From assembly GCA_027491735.1 (NCBI GenBank), contig JAOZGP010000006.1, positions 57,066 through 121,065 on the forward strand: DNA of 64,000 nt. Reading direction: 5' to 3'. Within the stretch, counting starts at the first letter, position 1, and every line of letters begins with the position of its first letter. Source of the DNA: Thermoproteota archaeon. Lineage in GTDB: Archaea > Korarchaeota > Korarchaeia > Korarchaeales > Korarchaeaceae. The notes under the pieces are model-generated. The model was not told where the DNA came from. It saw nothing but the letters and a program-made list of their open reading frames with translations, and did not search any database. A program made the translations under genes and the position numbers. This document shows positions 32,917 to 43,984 of the stretch, one piece after another.

Positions 32917-33603
32917 ATGAGGAGGGAACTTTTGATGACCTTCAAAGAGGAGCTGTTCAATCTCCTAAACGAGGATGAGGAGTTCAGGAAGGAGCTCACC
33001 GACAAACTCGGGATCAGTGAGATCTACAAGGAGATCAGAAATTTGAACGTGAGATTTAATGAAATGCTTGATGAAATAAGAAAGCATACCCTGATTCTGA
33101 GGGAGCATGCCCGGATAGTAAGTGAACAGTTGAAGCGCCTTGAGGAGCACGATCGCAAGTTCAACGAGATCCTTGAGGAGATAAAGAACATCAAGATCTC
33201 ACAGGCAGAGATGTCCGGGAGAATAGAGGCGCTCTCGAGGACTTACTACTCGATAAGTTCCACGCTTGGGGATCTGGTTGAAGACTGGCTTCTGACCAAG
33301 TTCGAGGAGGAGCTCAGGAGGGAGGGACTGAATCTTAAGGAGATGAGAAGGATAACTGTAGATGGAAGGGAGATAGACGCTATCCTGAGGGACGACGAGG
33401 CCGTGGTGGTGGAGGTCAGCTCCACGGTCAAGGCAGCGGATGTCCTCAAGATAGATGAGGAGGCCGAGCTCATATCGAAGATGCTCAGAAGGAACGTCAG
33501 AAAGGTTATACTTGGAATGAAAGCCGATAAAAAAGCCATAGATCTGGCCAAAGGGAAGGGAGTTGAGATAAAGGTTAGGTTTGGAGTTCCAGCCTCTCCA
33601 TGA
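32917..33603 (+). CDS. Coiled-coil protein with C-terminal PD-(D/E)xK-like domain
   Basis: Heptad repeats (HDRKFNEILEEIK), then LGDLVE...REIDAILRD...VEVSS. Confidence 0.7.
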   Translation: MRRELLMTFKEELFNLLNEDEEFRKELTDKLGISEIYKEIRNLNVRFNEMLDEIRKHTLILREHARIVSEQLKRLEEHDRKFNEILEEIKNIKISQAEMSGRIEALSRTYYSISSTLGDLVEDWLLTKFEEELRREGLNLKEMRRITVDGREIDAILRDDEAVVVEVSSTVKAADVLKIDEEAELISKMLRRNVRKVILGMKADKKAIDLAKGKGVEIKVRFGVPASP

Positions 33604-33669
33604 CACCACCATATGCCTGAAGCTCAGATCTTCTGTTTTTCACAGGATCCTGTAGAAACTTAGCCTTTC

Positions 33670-33782
33670 TGGCTACCCACCACTTTAGTAGGGGATGAAG
33701 TGGAAGCCTAAAGGGCTATGAACACAAGGACGATGGATGCCTTAGGAGGAAGAACCTCCTATTTCAGTGGGGAGGGTGTCAA
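33670..33782 (+). mobile_element. IS200/IS605 3' end (omegaRNA-like) remnant
   Basis: GGGATGAAGTGGAAGCCTAAAGGGCTATGAAC ... GAACCTCCTATTTCAGTGGGGAGGGTGTCAA, a subterminal hairpin plus TCAA end. Confidence 0.55.
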
Positions 33783-34972
33783 CTCAGTGATTTCGAGATG
33801 AGCTCGGCGATGCCCTTCACATAGTCGTCATCAACATATCCCTCCTCCTGAAGCCTTGCTAGTTCGCCATAAACACCCTCTTCAACCTCTTCAGTCATCA
33901 AATTCGGCCCCCAGGGAATCCTCTCAATAACAACACAGGATGAAAGGGCTTTATTGATGTCGGTCTCGTCGAACAAGGAGTCGAACCTGCCGAACAGCTT
34001 CTCCACTCTGTGCAGGACCCCTGGCCTCCTGAACCTCAGGTTCAAGACGATGAACCTCCTCCTGCTCTTGCCCCTGGTCTCCACCCGGTATATGGGGAGC
34101 GCAGTAAGATCCAGCTGAGGGGCTGATGTCAGCGTTTCAACCAGGCGCTCGTACTCCTTTGCAACATCCTTTAACCTATCTGTGGCCTCCACCATTCCCG
34201 CTCTGAGCCTGGATCTGGTGAACTCCAGCCTTCTCCTCACATCAGATCTCTTCGGAAGACGGGATATCTGCTCCCACAGAGTCATATCCAAACGATCTCC
34301 AATCTCATGAATTCTTACAATAAGATCTTCGATCTCATTAACGCTGTTTTTGAGCTCTTCCAGGTTGGGGATCCTGGAAAGCGTTCTCATCACATCGGTG
34401 TTCGGTTCTCCAGCCGGGATCTGAAGATCGACCTCATAACAGGTGTCCTTGAGCAGGGGAAAGGCCTCGCTGGGGACTACTCCCTCAAGTCTGATTGTCA
34501 ACGGGAGAAAGGATTGTCTTCCCAGAAGCTCAAGTCCTCTCGCTATCTCTATCTCATTCTCACCACCAAGAGCTGACATAACCTCAGATTTCCAAGATTT
34601 AGCACTCTCTAGTCTGTAAGATGGAGAAAAAGCCTTAAATCCATCACAGATCAGATAGAAACTGCCGATTTCAACGCCAAAGATGGGTACGAGGCTCCTC
34701 CTGATGGAAGAGATAACTTCCTCTCTTCTATCGAGAAAACTCCTTTTCTTTCTTTTCTCCTGAATCAGTGAGAGTATTGCCGTCAGCTCGGCGTTTATAC
34801 CCTGTCTATGGTAATCCGAAAGGATGTTGATCACTCTCAAGGTGATCTCTGACTCAATCCTCGGGGTGGATTTAAACTTTCCCAGCGCTGCGATATAACC
34901 CCTCAAGCCATATAGACACTTCAGCATATCAACACAGAGAACCTGAGAATCGGAAACTTCCCAATGAAACAT
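33779..34972 (-). CDS. Hypothetical coiled-coil protein (5' end possibly damaged)
   Basis: 397-aa ORF with host-like codon usage; no family recognised. Confidence 0.65.
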   Translation of the reverse strand: MFHWEVSDSQVLCVDMLKCLYGLRGYIAALGKFKSTPRIESEITLRVINILSDYHRQGINAELTAILSLIQEKRKKRSFLDRREEVISSIRRSLVPIFGVEIGSFYLICDGFKAFSPSYRLESAKSWKSEVMSALGGENEIEIARGLELLGRQSFLPLTIRLEGVVPSEAFPLLKDTCYEVDLQIPAGEPNTDVMRTLSRIPNLEELKNSVNEIEDLIVRIHEIGDRLDMTLWEQISRLPKRSDVRRRLEFTRSRLRAGMVEATDRLKDVAKEYERLVETLTSAPQLDLTALPIYRVETRGKSRRRFIVLNLRFRRPGVLHRVEKLFGRFDSLFDETDINKALSSCVVIERIPWGPNLMTEEVEEGVYGELARLQEEGYVDDDYVKGIAELISKSLS

Positions 34973-35720
34973 TCAAGAATGGAACTAGTCATGAACGTGA
35001 ACACCCGTCTCTGATGGTGGCTTCTCCCAAGCAGCGCGCCGCAGACCATGGGTCGTTCACGATCCTGTACATCACATCTCCTAGTGGGAATGATCCTGGT
35101 GCATGCTCGCCTTGCGCAGGAGATCATCCCTTCACCGAACTACTAGGAGCGCGATCCGCACTGAGGTTACTGGAAGGAAGTCAAAGACAGTTCAACAACC
35201 ACAGGAGCCCTGCGGCGGCATCCGGGTAAATCGCAATCTTGATCTTTCACGAATGGCGGGATTCCTCTCGTGCGGCTTGGTGGCATCGCTGGTCTGACTA
35301 TGTAGAAGATGATTCGGAGGGAGTTGACAGGGGTGCATAATGGTACGGGAAGCGCACGAACAGCTAGCTGCTGAAACCCCTGTCGCGCCTCCGCCGATGT
35401 AGGGGCGGTAAGATGTATATAAATTCATCTCACCAGCGCAGGAAGGGGTCCTCTCAATCTCTGGAGAAGCTCAATTCCCTTCCGTCCCGATCACAGAGCT
35501 TTTTAAGACAACTCGAGCGAGAACAGCAGACTTCACTCGCAGAAGTGGCTGAGGTTCCATCACCCTCAACAGGAAGATCGGTCTCCTCACTGAACCCCTC
35601 CTCCGGGCCTGATAGCCATCTTTTCCAGATGAGTGTCTCCTATCTCTCCTGAGACAGGCCATCATCATTCAAAGCTTTGCACTTAACCCTCTCAGTCAAT
35701 ACAAAAAAGTGGGTGGAGGA

Positions 35721-35903
35721 TCAGTCCTCCACGGTTATGGATCCAGAGGGGCAGGACGACTCGCAGGCCCTGCACCCTATACAGTCGTCTGGATTCACTA
35801 CCTCAGCCCTTTCATTCACGATCTCCAAAACACTCTGAGGGCAGACAGACACGCACGTGCCGCATCCAGTGCATGCATCCTTGTCAACGACAGGTCTGGG
35901 CAT
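35721..35903 (-). CDS. 2x[4Fe-4S] ferredoxin
   Basis: CTGCGTCVSVCP and CIGCRACESSCP; SD GGTGAGG upstream. Confidence 0.96.
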   Translation of the reverse strand: MPRPVVDKDACTGCGTCVSVCPQSVLEIVNERAEVVNPDDCIGCRACESSCPSGSITVED

Positions 35904-36260
35904 GGCCTCACCACCCCTTCGCCCTCAAAAAGCAGACAAAAATTAAACCATTTCTATCCGTCCTCGAGTTGGAACGACTTCTTATTGTGTCATCTGATCC
36001 TTAGCATGAACGAGGCCTTGAAAACGGCTTGTTACACCTCAGACTATACGTTTTAAAAATCGATAGATGTCCAGAACGTGTCTGAGCGGGACCTTAGACG
36101 TTTGATATGGCAACCTTTTATTCTCTGACTCATTGACACAAGGAGCTATTTGGAGGTCTGCTCATAATGAACTCCGCTCGATAGTCGAGCACTATGTATC
36201 GACATCGTCTCACGCGCCTGAGTCGACTGTCCTATCCATTTAAGTTAAATTTATGGTGAT

Positions 36261-38030
36261 GTGCAGAAAGGTGTGCTAGTGGTTCATCACACCCTCCGAC
36301 GTGTGCTTCACCTCCCAGCACAGACCGAGTGGATGAAGAGATGGTTGATCATAGATCTCCTGGGAGCTCTCGCTGGGATAGCCGGCGGGCTAGGCGCCAT
36401 AGTCTTCAGGATGATGATAGCGGTGAACAGGAAGCTCTTCTTCGGCTTGATCCTAGGAAAGGTATCTTTGCAGGTTCTAAATGTCAACCTCGGCTATACA
36501 ATCCTCCCCATCCTGGGAGGACTTGTAGCAGGTCCTCTCATAATGAAATTCGCCCCAGAGACGAAGGGGCATGGGGTTCCTGAGGTCATGGAGGCTGTGG
36601 CATTTAAGGGAGGTCGAATAAGAAAGAGAGTAGTCTTTCTGAAGATTCTGGTCTCCTCAGTGACCATAGGATCTGGAGGGAGTGCCGGAAGGGAGGGACC
36701 CATAGCTCAGATAGGGGCGTCCATAGGATCTGCCTTGGGGGATCTGTTCAAGCTTGACTCCAGGGATGTTCGTCTGCTGGTAGTCTGTGGTCTCTCGGCC
36801 GGGATAGCCGGAACGTTCAACGCTCCCATGGGAGGGATGCTCTTCGGCCTAGAGGTTCTCTACAGAGGAGTAGGTCTCTTCGATGCCGTCCCTGTAGCGC
36901 TCGCATCCGTGATAGGGGCGGCGATTGTGTCCGCCTACTATGGACCAAAACCCTCCTTCATAGCGCCCCCTACCCTGACCTTCACTAATCCGTCAGAGCT
37001 CATCTGGTACTTCGTCCTAGGAGCTCTTATGGGACTCACCGCCATTGTCTGGGTTAAGATCTTCTATGTCGTGGAAGACTTCTTCACAAACCTCAGGGTC
37101 AACAGCAGCTACAAATTGGCTCTAGGAGGAGCCGTCACTGGACTGATAGGGATGTTCTTTCCTGAACATGGGATAATGGGCGTTGGATATGAGGGCATAA
37201 ACATGGTTCTGGCCGGAAAGCTTGGCCTCTACCTTCTGGTAGCTCTGGGGTTGCTCAAGATGATAGCTACGGCCTGTACGATAGGTTCTGGTGGAAGCGG
37301 AGGGGTGTTCGCCCCAAGCCTCTACATAGGGACCATGCTCGGAGGGGCAATGGGTCTTCTCTTTCAGATGGTTTCGCCATCTGTGGTGAGAAGCCCTTTC
37401 ACCTATTCCTTGGCTGGAATGGCTGCTCTGTTCGCCGGAGCTGCGCAGGCACCGCTGAGCGTCATGATAATGATTCCCGAGATGTCGAACGATTACTCAC
37501 TCTTGCCCCCGCTGATGGTCTCCTCGGTGACGAGCTTCATAGTAGCGAGGGTGTTCCTCAAGGGTTCTTCTATCTACACACTCAAACTGGAGAGGAGAGG
37601 CATCAGGCTGAGGATGGGAAGGTCCTTCATCCTCGAGGAGGTGAAGGTAGGAGAGATAATGACCACAAACGTCGTGAGTGTGCACGAGGACGCGACTCTC
37701 TCTGAGCTGGAGCTTCTCATAGCGAAGACACATCATCATGGATTCCCTGTGGTCGAAGATGGAAGGCTGGTGGGCATAGTGACCTTTGGAGACCTGATCA
37801 GAATCCCGGCAGAGCTTCGCAGGGGCGTCAAGGTAGGAGACATAATGCACAAGGAGGTCGTGGTGGCCTATCCAGATGAGTCGGTCCAGATGGTCCTCGA
37901 CCGCATGCTGGAGAGAAGGGTAGGAAGAGTTCCCGTGGTCAGTAGATCTGATCCAACCAAGCTCTTGGGCATAATGACTCACTCCGATGTGATGAAAGCT
38001 TATGAGGTGGCTGCGAGCGAGAGGATCTGA
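36261..38030 (+). CDS. ClC chloride channel/antiporter with a CBS pair
   Basis: GHGVP, GREGP, FNAP, GVFAP; C-terminal CBS domains. Confidence 0.96.
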   Translation: MQKGVLVVHHTLRRVLHLPAQTEWMKRWLIIDLLGALAGIAGGLGAIVFRMMIAVNRKLFFGLILGKVSLQVLNVNLGYTILPILGGLVAGPLIMKFAPETKGHGVPEVMEAVAFKGGRIRKRVVFLKILVSSVTIGSGGSAGREGPIAQIGASIGSALGDLFKLDSRDVRLLVVCGLSAGIAGTFNAPMGGMLFGLEVLYRGVGLFDAVPVALASVIGAAIVSAYYGPKPSFIAPPTLTFTNPSELIWYFVLGALMGLTAIVWVKIFYVVEDFFTNLRVNSSYKLALGGAVTGLIGMFFPEHGIMGVGYEGINMVLAGKLGLYLLVALGLLKMIATACTIGSGGSGGVFAPSLYIGTMLGGAMGLLFQMVSPSVVRSPFTYSLAGMAALFAGAAQAPLSVMIMIPEMSNDYSLLPPLMVSSVTSFIVARVFLKGSSIYTLKLERRGIRLRMGRSFILEEVKVGEIMTTNVVSVHEDATLSELELLIAKTHHHGFPVVEDGRLVGIVTFGDLIRIPAELRRGVKVGDIMHKEVVVAYPDESVQMVLDRMLERRVGRVPVVSRSDPTKLLGIMTHSDVMKAYEVAASERI

Positions 38031-38369
38031 TGAGGGGCCTGAGAGGTGCATGCATTGCTCATAATCTCTTGCGGTTCGGATCCTCCGGAGGAGGAAGCAC
38101 ATCATCACCTTGACCCACGCTTTCCCACCCATATCCCCGTACATGTTTGCGCTTAGAGGGAAGCTCCAAAGACTTCAAATGGCTCTGATGTTATGGGAAA
38201 GCCTGAAAGGTTGGCGTGGTGATGTGGATAGGAGCTTGAACGAAGAGCTGTGTACTGCTGGAGCATATCGATCCTCGCCGGATACCTGTCACCGTTACAA
38301 GATATCATCAAAAAGCCTCTTCAGAGAGCCTGGCGTTGGAATAATTCAAAAAAGTGAAATAAAGAGAGG

Positions 38370-38726
38370 CTACCTCACCTCCACCTCAGCATGGTTCTCC
38401 CACAGTCCGTGCAGGTTGCAATAGCTCAGCACCAACAGGGTGCATGATCTTCTGAGCTTGAGAGACAGCTCAACCTTGGGTTCTCCGTACGACGGTCCCA
38501 GATCTATTGTGGCCAGGTGTACCGGATAAAGCCTTTCCTTCTCCTGAAGGAACACCTGGATCCACTTTATGTGATGCTCCACTGTGTTGGGATGGACAAC
38601 CTCCTTTCCAACGTGTATCCTAAGCTTGATCTTCTCTCCGACCTTCACGGGTGAGGGAATCTCAACGTGAGGCTTGTGCTTTGCGGCGCCCTCCTCCTCC
38701 ATCCTGATGATGTCGCCGAACCTCAT
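38370..38726 (-). CDS. sor: Superoxide reductase (neelaredoxin, 1Fe-SOR)
   Basis: KHKP, HPNTVEHHIKWI, YCNLHGLWE. Confidence 0.94.
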   Translation of the reverse strand: MRFGDIIRMEEEGAAKHKPHVEIPSPVKVGEKIKLRIHVGKEVVHPNTVEHHIKWIQVFLQEKERLYPVHLATIDLGPSYGEPKVELSLKLRRSCTLLVLSYCNLHGLWENHAEVEVR

Positions 38727-38735
38727 TCAAACACC

Positions 38736-39236
38736 TCAAAACTCCTTGAACCTCTCCTTAGGAGCTCCACAGATCGGACATCTGTCCGGAGCCTCACCCT
38801 CCACAGTGTAACCGCACGCCGGACAGACATAGATCTCGCCCAAGGATATGTCGGATCCCTCAGCGACGGTGGACCTGGCATCCTCATACATCTTTTCATG
38901 TATCTTCTCCGACTCCAGAGCGAACCTCATGGACCTCTGTGCACCTTTGTGATCCTGAAGCTTCGCGACCTCCAGGTAGGCTGGGTACATCTCCTCAACC
39001 TCGAATCTCTCACCGTTTCTGGCAGCAGCTAGGTTTTCTTCTGTTTTCCCTATCTTTCTCAGCTCCTTGAGGTGATTTCTAGCGTGTACGAATTCCGCAT
39101 ATGCTATGGCTCTGAAAAGGCGAGCAACATTCTCAAAACCCTCTTCCTCAGCCTTCTCAGCGAATACGAGGTATCTCATATGGGCTTGACTCTCGCCGGC
39201 GAAGGCGGAGTGGAGAAACTGCCTCGTCATCTCCAT
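38736..39236 (-). CDS. rbr: Rubrerythrin
   Basis: AFAGESQA, AEFVHA, GERFE, SEKIH, CPACGY...CPICG. Confidence 0.97.
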   Translation of the reverse strand: MEMTRQFLHSAFAGESQAHMRYLVFAEKAEEEGFENVARLFRAIAYAEFVHARNHLKELRKIGKTEENLAAARNGERFEVEEMYPAYLEVAKLQDHKGAQRSMRFALESEKIHEKMYEDARSTVAEGSDISLGEIYVCPACGYTVEGEAPDRCPICGAPKERFKEF

Positions 39237-39388
39237 CAGATATCACCACCTCTATCGGAAATCTCTAACTTAAAAGTTTACCTTTTCCTCTAAAGAGGTT
39301 AAATTTCAGAACCTAGTTTGAACGGCGTACCAAGCGGGATCCCAAACGTTTATAACGAGAAGCCACTGGTTCCTCAGTGGGTGGTGGC

Positions 39389-40239
39389 TTGAGCTTCCAA
39401 TCACAGCCAGACTTGTAGATAACCAGTGCATCTCCTGCTATTTCTCCTCTCGGGAGGAGATCGCCCGTCTGGCAGGCCGTGAGGCCCTCAGGAAATCCCT
39501 TAAGGAGATTCTTTTCACCTCCTCAACGAGAACAGAGCTTTTTGTGAGATCCTTCACTCACATATCAGGAGGGAAAGATCTGTTCGCCGGGGAGAAGCAC
39601 CTTCTCAATGAGCTAGCCCTCAAGTCCTCCAACATCATTGAGGGAATCGATGAGGAGGGTGTCCTCAAGTTGATGGCCTCCGCCAACTCAGTCGATGTGA
39701 GCTCAGCTGACTACAGATTTGATCCCTCTGAATACCTCACCTCTCTACTGGATGGCCTTGATGAGACGAAGATCCTGAACTTCCCCGATCTAAGAGCTAG
39801 GGAGGTGGTCCTAGTCGTGGATAACGCCGGTGAGGTGGTCGTAGATCTACTCTGCATTAGAAAGCTGCCGATCAAGAGGCTGATTCTGGTAGCTAGAAGC
39901 CTTCCTTACGAGTTAGACGCCACTGAGAGCGAGCTGCGGTCTCTCCTCGATGTCGCGGGGATCAGGGACGTGGAGGTCATTGGAACCGGAAGCAGCTATC
40001 CCGCCTTCACCATGAAGATGGTCAGTAAGGAAGCTCTTGAAGCCTTGAATGGAGCCGATATCGTGATCTCCAAAGGAATAGCTAACATGGAGGCCTTTCT
40101 GGAGGATAGACCGGTCGATCCATCGAGGGTCTTCCTCATCTTCAGGATAAAGTGCTCCGTCCTCGCCAGAAAGCTTGGGATGAGGATCGGAACTCCCCTT
40201 GTTGTGAGAGGCGATGAGCTCCTGAGGTGGTTCAGATGA
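39389..40239 (+). CDS. DUF89/ARMT1-like metal-dependent phosphatase (start uncertain, possible 5' frameshift)
   Basis: ANSVD, DNAGE, KGIANME, KC motifs. The frame stays open upstream of 39544 through CISC but has no standard start; a TTG with SD at 39389 is out of frame. Confidence 0.75.
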
Positions 40240-41156
40240 GTGTTCGTGTCCTCATCGCCGATAAAGTGGATCAGGTTCTCATAGATCTCCTCCGGGAGAG
40301 CGGTTTTTCTGTAGACTACCTCCCGGGGATCTCACGCGAGGACCTCCTCTCATCCATCAGGAGGTATGACGTTCTGGTCGTGAGGAGTAGGACGAGAGTG
40401 GACGAGGAGATCTTGAGATCCGGGAACTTGAAGGTTGTGGCTCGTGCGGGGGTCGGTCTGGACAACATAGACAGGAAGACAGCCCAGGAGGTGGGCGTCA
40501 GGATTGTGAACGCGCCGGAGGCCCCTGTAGAGAGCGTCGCTGAGCTGACCATCGGGATGATCATAGCGGCCGCTCGGAGGGTGAGTGAGCTTAATCTCGG
40601 GTTGAGAAGCGGTAAATGGAACAAAGGATTAGGAATGGAGCTCAGTGGCAAGACTTTAACTCTCATTGGACTTGGAAGAATAGGAAGGAGAGTCTCTGAG
40701 ATAGCGAGAGCCCTTGGAATGAGGGTCGTAGCTTACGATGTCATCAGAGTGGACATCAAAGGAGTTGAGCTTGTTGAAGATCTCGAGATTGCTTTAAAGC
40801 TGGCTGACGTTATCTCCTTGCATGTTCCCCTCACGGACTCAACTAGGCATATGATAAACGGGAAAACCATAGCTATGTTCAGAAGAGGGACGATCTTGGT
40901 GAACACCTCTCGAGGGGCTGTGGTCGACACCAGATCGGTGCTGAGGGCCCTTAATGATGGAACTATCTCCTTTTACGCAGCTGATGTCTTGGAACACGAG
41001 CCTCCAAGGACTGAGGAGGAGTGGGCTCTCATAAGACATCCTAGAGCACTGATAACCCCACATATAGGCAGTCAGACCAGGGAAGCTCAGAGGAGGATAG
41101 CTCTGATGCTTGCAGAGAGGATAAGAGATGAAGTTGTTCACGCCAGGTCCTGTTGA
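40236..41156 (+). CDS. serA: D-3-phosphoglycerate / D-2-hydroxyacid dehydrogenase
   Basis: RAGVGLDNID, SVAELT, GLGRIG, HVPLT, NTSRG, TPHIGSQT. Confidence 0.82.
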   Translation: MSVRVLIADKVDQVLIDLLRESGFSVDYLPGISREDLLSSIRRYDVLVVRSRTRVDEEILRSGNLKVVARAGVGLDNIDRKTAQEVGVRIVNAPEAPVESVAELTIGMIIAAARRVSELNLGLRSGKWNKGLGMELSGKTLTLIGLGRIGRRVSEIARALGMRVVAYDVIRVDIKGVELVEDLEIALKLADVISLHVPLTDSTRHMINGKTIAMFRRGTILVNTSRGAVVDTRSVLRALNDGTISFYAADVLEHEPPRTEEEWALIRHPRALITPHIGSQTREAQRRIALMLAERIRDEVVHARSC

Positions 41157-42237
41157 GGTAGATCCAAAGATCCTCAAGGAGATCTCGAAGCCTGTGATGG
41201 CTCACAGATCCCAGGAGTTCAGAGAGGTGCTATCAGATGTCGTGGAGAAGTTGATCAGAATCCTGGGGCTGGAGAACGGACACTTAGCTGTTCTCTCAGG
41301 ATCTGGAACGACAGCGGTGGATGCAATGGTGTGGAGCTTGATGTCTCCGGGAGACAGGGTTCTGGCTCTGGTCCACGGCGAGTTCGGTCGTAGAGCGATC
41401 TCCTCGGCTGAGGTGAGGGGAGCAGAGGTGGAGGCCATGGAGGCTCCCCTCGGCAAATCTGTGGAGCCGGAGTTGGTGAGGAGGAGGATTGAGATAGGCA
41501 AGTACACACACCTTCTTCTAGTGCACAACGAGACCAGCACCGGTGTGGCCTACAGAGATCTGAAGATTGTCGCCGAATCCGCCAAGGACAGGGGAATGCT
41601 CGTTCTTGTGGACTCCGTCTCCGGGCTGGGTGGAGAGGAACTCCGCATGTCCGAGTGGCACCTGGACGCTGTCGCTTCCTGCTCACATAAGGCCCTGGCA
41701 TCCCCTCCGGGGGTCTCCTTCGTCGCTCTCTCTGGCGAGGCAGCAGGTGAACTCAGGGACGGGCTTCCTCCAATCCTCGACCTCAGAAGGTATCTGGACT
41801 TCTATACCAGGAGAAGGGAGACTCCCTTCACTCCAGCTGTGAACAACCTTTGCGCTCTTAGAAAATCTTTAGAGCACATAATGAGCATGGGAATTGACGC
41901 CTACATAGAACTTCACAGGAGAAAGGCCTCCTTACTCTATGAAGAGCTTCCCAAGCTGGGATTTCTTCCCTTACCCGACGAGCCCGTGAGGTCAAACACG
42001 GTGACCGTCTTCAGGACTCCTGGACTAAACGCAAAGGAGGTGGTCTCTCTCCTTATCAAAAAGGGCTTCAGGATAGCATCCGGCATGAAGGACAAAGCTG
42101 AGCACCTCATCAGGATAGGGACGATGGGCAACACCTCTCTTGAAGATCTAAGGGATCTGATAGGCTCACTGAATGAGGTCGTGGGAGAACTGTCGGGACA
42201 ACGCACCTACAAGGAGGATTTAGAATCAGGACGCTGA
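41128..42237 (+). CDS. Class V PLP aminotransferase (serine-pyruvate/phosphoserine type)
   Basis: TPGPV, HRS, GSGT, HNETSTG, DSVS, SHKAL (PLP Lys), RIGTMG. Confidence 0.92.
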   Translation: MKLFTPGPVEVDPKILKEISKPVMAHRSQEFREVLSDVVEKLIRILGLENGHLAVLSGSGTTAVDAMVWSLMSPGDRVLALVHGEFGRRAISSAEVRGAEVEAMEAPLGKSVEPELVRRRIEIGKYTHLLLVHNETSTGVAYRDLKIVAESAKDRGMLVLVDSVSGLGGEELRMSEWHLDAVASCSHKALASPPGVSFVALSGEAAGELRDGLPPILDLRRYLDFYTRRRETPFTPAVNNLCALRKSLEHIMSMGIDAYIELHRRKASLLYEELPKLGFLPLPDEPVRSNTVTVFRTPGLNAKEVVSLLIKKGFRIASGMKDKAEHLIRIGTMGNTSLEDLRDLIGSLNEVVGELSGQRTYKEDLESGR

Positions 42238-42319
42238 GAGCCTGATGAACGAACGGAGAGGCTTCGATCCCCTCAGGCCCGGAAGATGCAGACCAAACTT
42301 ATAAGCATTTGAAATCACG

Positions 42320-43615
42320 TTGGACAAGGACCCAAAGGGAACGGTGTTCTACTTCATAAGACCGGATCCTCTTAACAGGAAGAGATTGTGGTTTGGCTGT
42401 GGAGGAGTGTCCTTCTACTCTTTTTTCTGGCAGAGGATCCGGAGGACTTGCCTCTGTGGGAGTCGCCTGCTGGGACGATCATAAACTGTATGATCTCTAC
42501 CGTAAGGGGAATTTCGCCAGCTCTCTTGTCTTCTATGATGGTGGATACGTGAACACAAAGTGTGGAAAGGCCCACCAAAGTTGCCTTCATCACTCAGGGA
42601 GGTAGAAACAGCGTGATGAAGACCGAGGACGGTGGGAAGACCTGGAGGCACTCCTATGATGGGATCTATGGTGACACAGTAAACGCACTAAACTTGATCG
42701 AAAGTGGGCTGCTGAAAGGTTCCCTAGTCATAACAGCTGTTTCGGGTATAGAGATAACTCAAAATCATGGAGATACTTGGATGGAAGGTGTGGACTTTGT
42801 CCTAGGGAGATCGACAGACAAGAACCTTCCTGGCTACTCCTGGCGTGCTGTCTCGCCTGATACCAAGGTCAAGGGGAGGTACGACCTCTTGATCTCCACC
42901 GGATACCCCAGTCCCTTCCGAGAAGATGGGGTCTTCGGAGTCGACATATCCTGTGTGAGATCCGGTGGGAAGAACTGCTCTGAGAAGCTCGTGGAAGGTC
43001 CGCACTACGACATGGTGATCATGAATGGAAAGCTCTACGCTGGAAATCTAGATGGAGGTATTGATATGTTGGATCTCACAACTCTTAAGTCCTCCAAGCT
43101 GTACGTCACCGGCAAGGATCCAGTCTTGTTTGTAAAGGTCTTCGATGGAAGGATTTTCGTTGAGACCTACAGAGGACAGTACCAGGGAGATTGCTGGATG
43201 TGGACGGGAAAGTCTGGTGAGGTCTACGTCCTCGAAGACAACGGGTTCAAGAGGATCTACGATGAATATGTCATAACGTTTCTGGTGAGGAACGGGGCTT
43301 TCCTGGCGTTGAAACGGGGGGCTTTGATCTACAAACCCACCCTAGATTCTCCGGCTGTGGAGATCGAACTTCCTAAAATGAGATACACGAATCTTGTGGT
43401 TGACTGGGATGAGGGCTGGTTTTCGTGTCCACAATTGATGGAGAAGTCTACTACACAATGCTTAACGAGGTGGTTGGTGGAAAGTGCACCCTTAAACCCT
43501 TCAACGAAGGCCTGTTAACCATGAAAGTAAGAAACTTAGTCTACTGAGACGGCTATCTCATCGCCGGAACCGAGGGCAACTCTGTGTACAGGGCCAAGAT
43601 AACGGTGGAGGGTTG
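42320..43615 (+). pseudogene. Degraded BNR/Asp-box beta-propeller protein
   Basis: KTEDGGKTW and TQNHGDTW Asp-boxes in ORF 42562-43518; flanking coding-like DNA is broken by frameshifts and stops. Confidence 0.6.
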
Positions 43616-43984
43616 AGTGCTTCTTATCCATTTGTGGAACATTTTAAGAGCTCTTTTAGCTATTACAACGGCTTAGCTCAATGTGAACGTCTACTCACAG
43701 CTCTTTCATGGTTTTTACCATTTTTGAAGATATAAACCGAATCGGCAGGAACGACTGCTCTGAATTCTTTAACAACCCTAACGTCGTGTAACGTAATCAG
43801 CTTTCTGCTTGAGGAGTTGTACGCCTTTCTGCTTCTTCCTGAACTTCATATCAAGCCCTTCTCTTGCGTTCGGGAAAAAGCCGTGGATTCTGTCAGTGTA
43901 AAAACTTCTTTAGTCATGTTCCCTTTCATCCACCTTTTTTGGTGGTAAACCAGAGTCTGTCCTCTCTGGTCTCTCTAACAGGAA

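Noticed and set aside
35180-35410. GC-richer intergenic stretch with small hairpins, possible ncRNA
   Set aside because: No SRP, RNase P, tRNA or C/D box signature and no long consistent stems.
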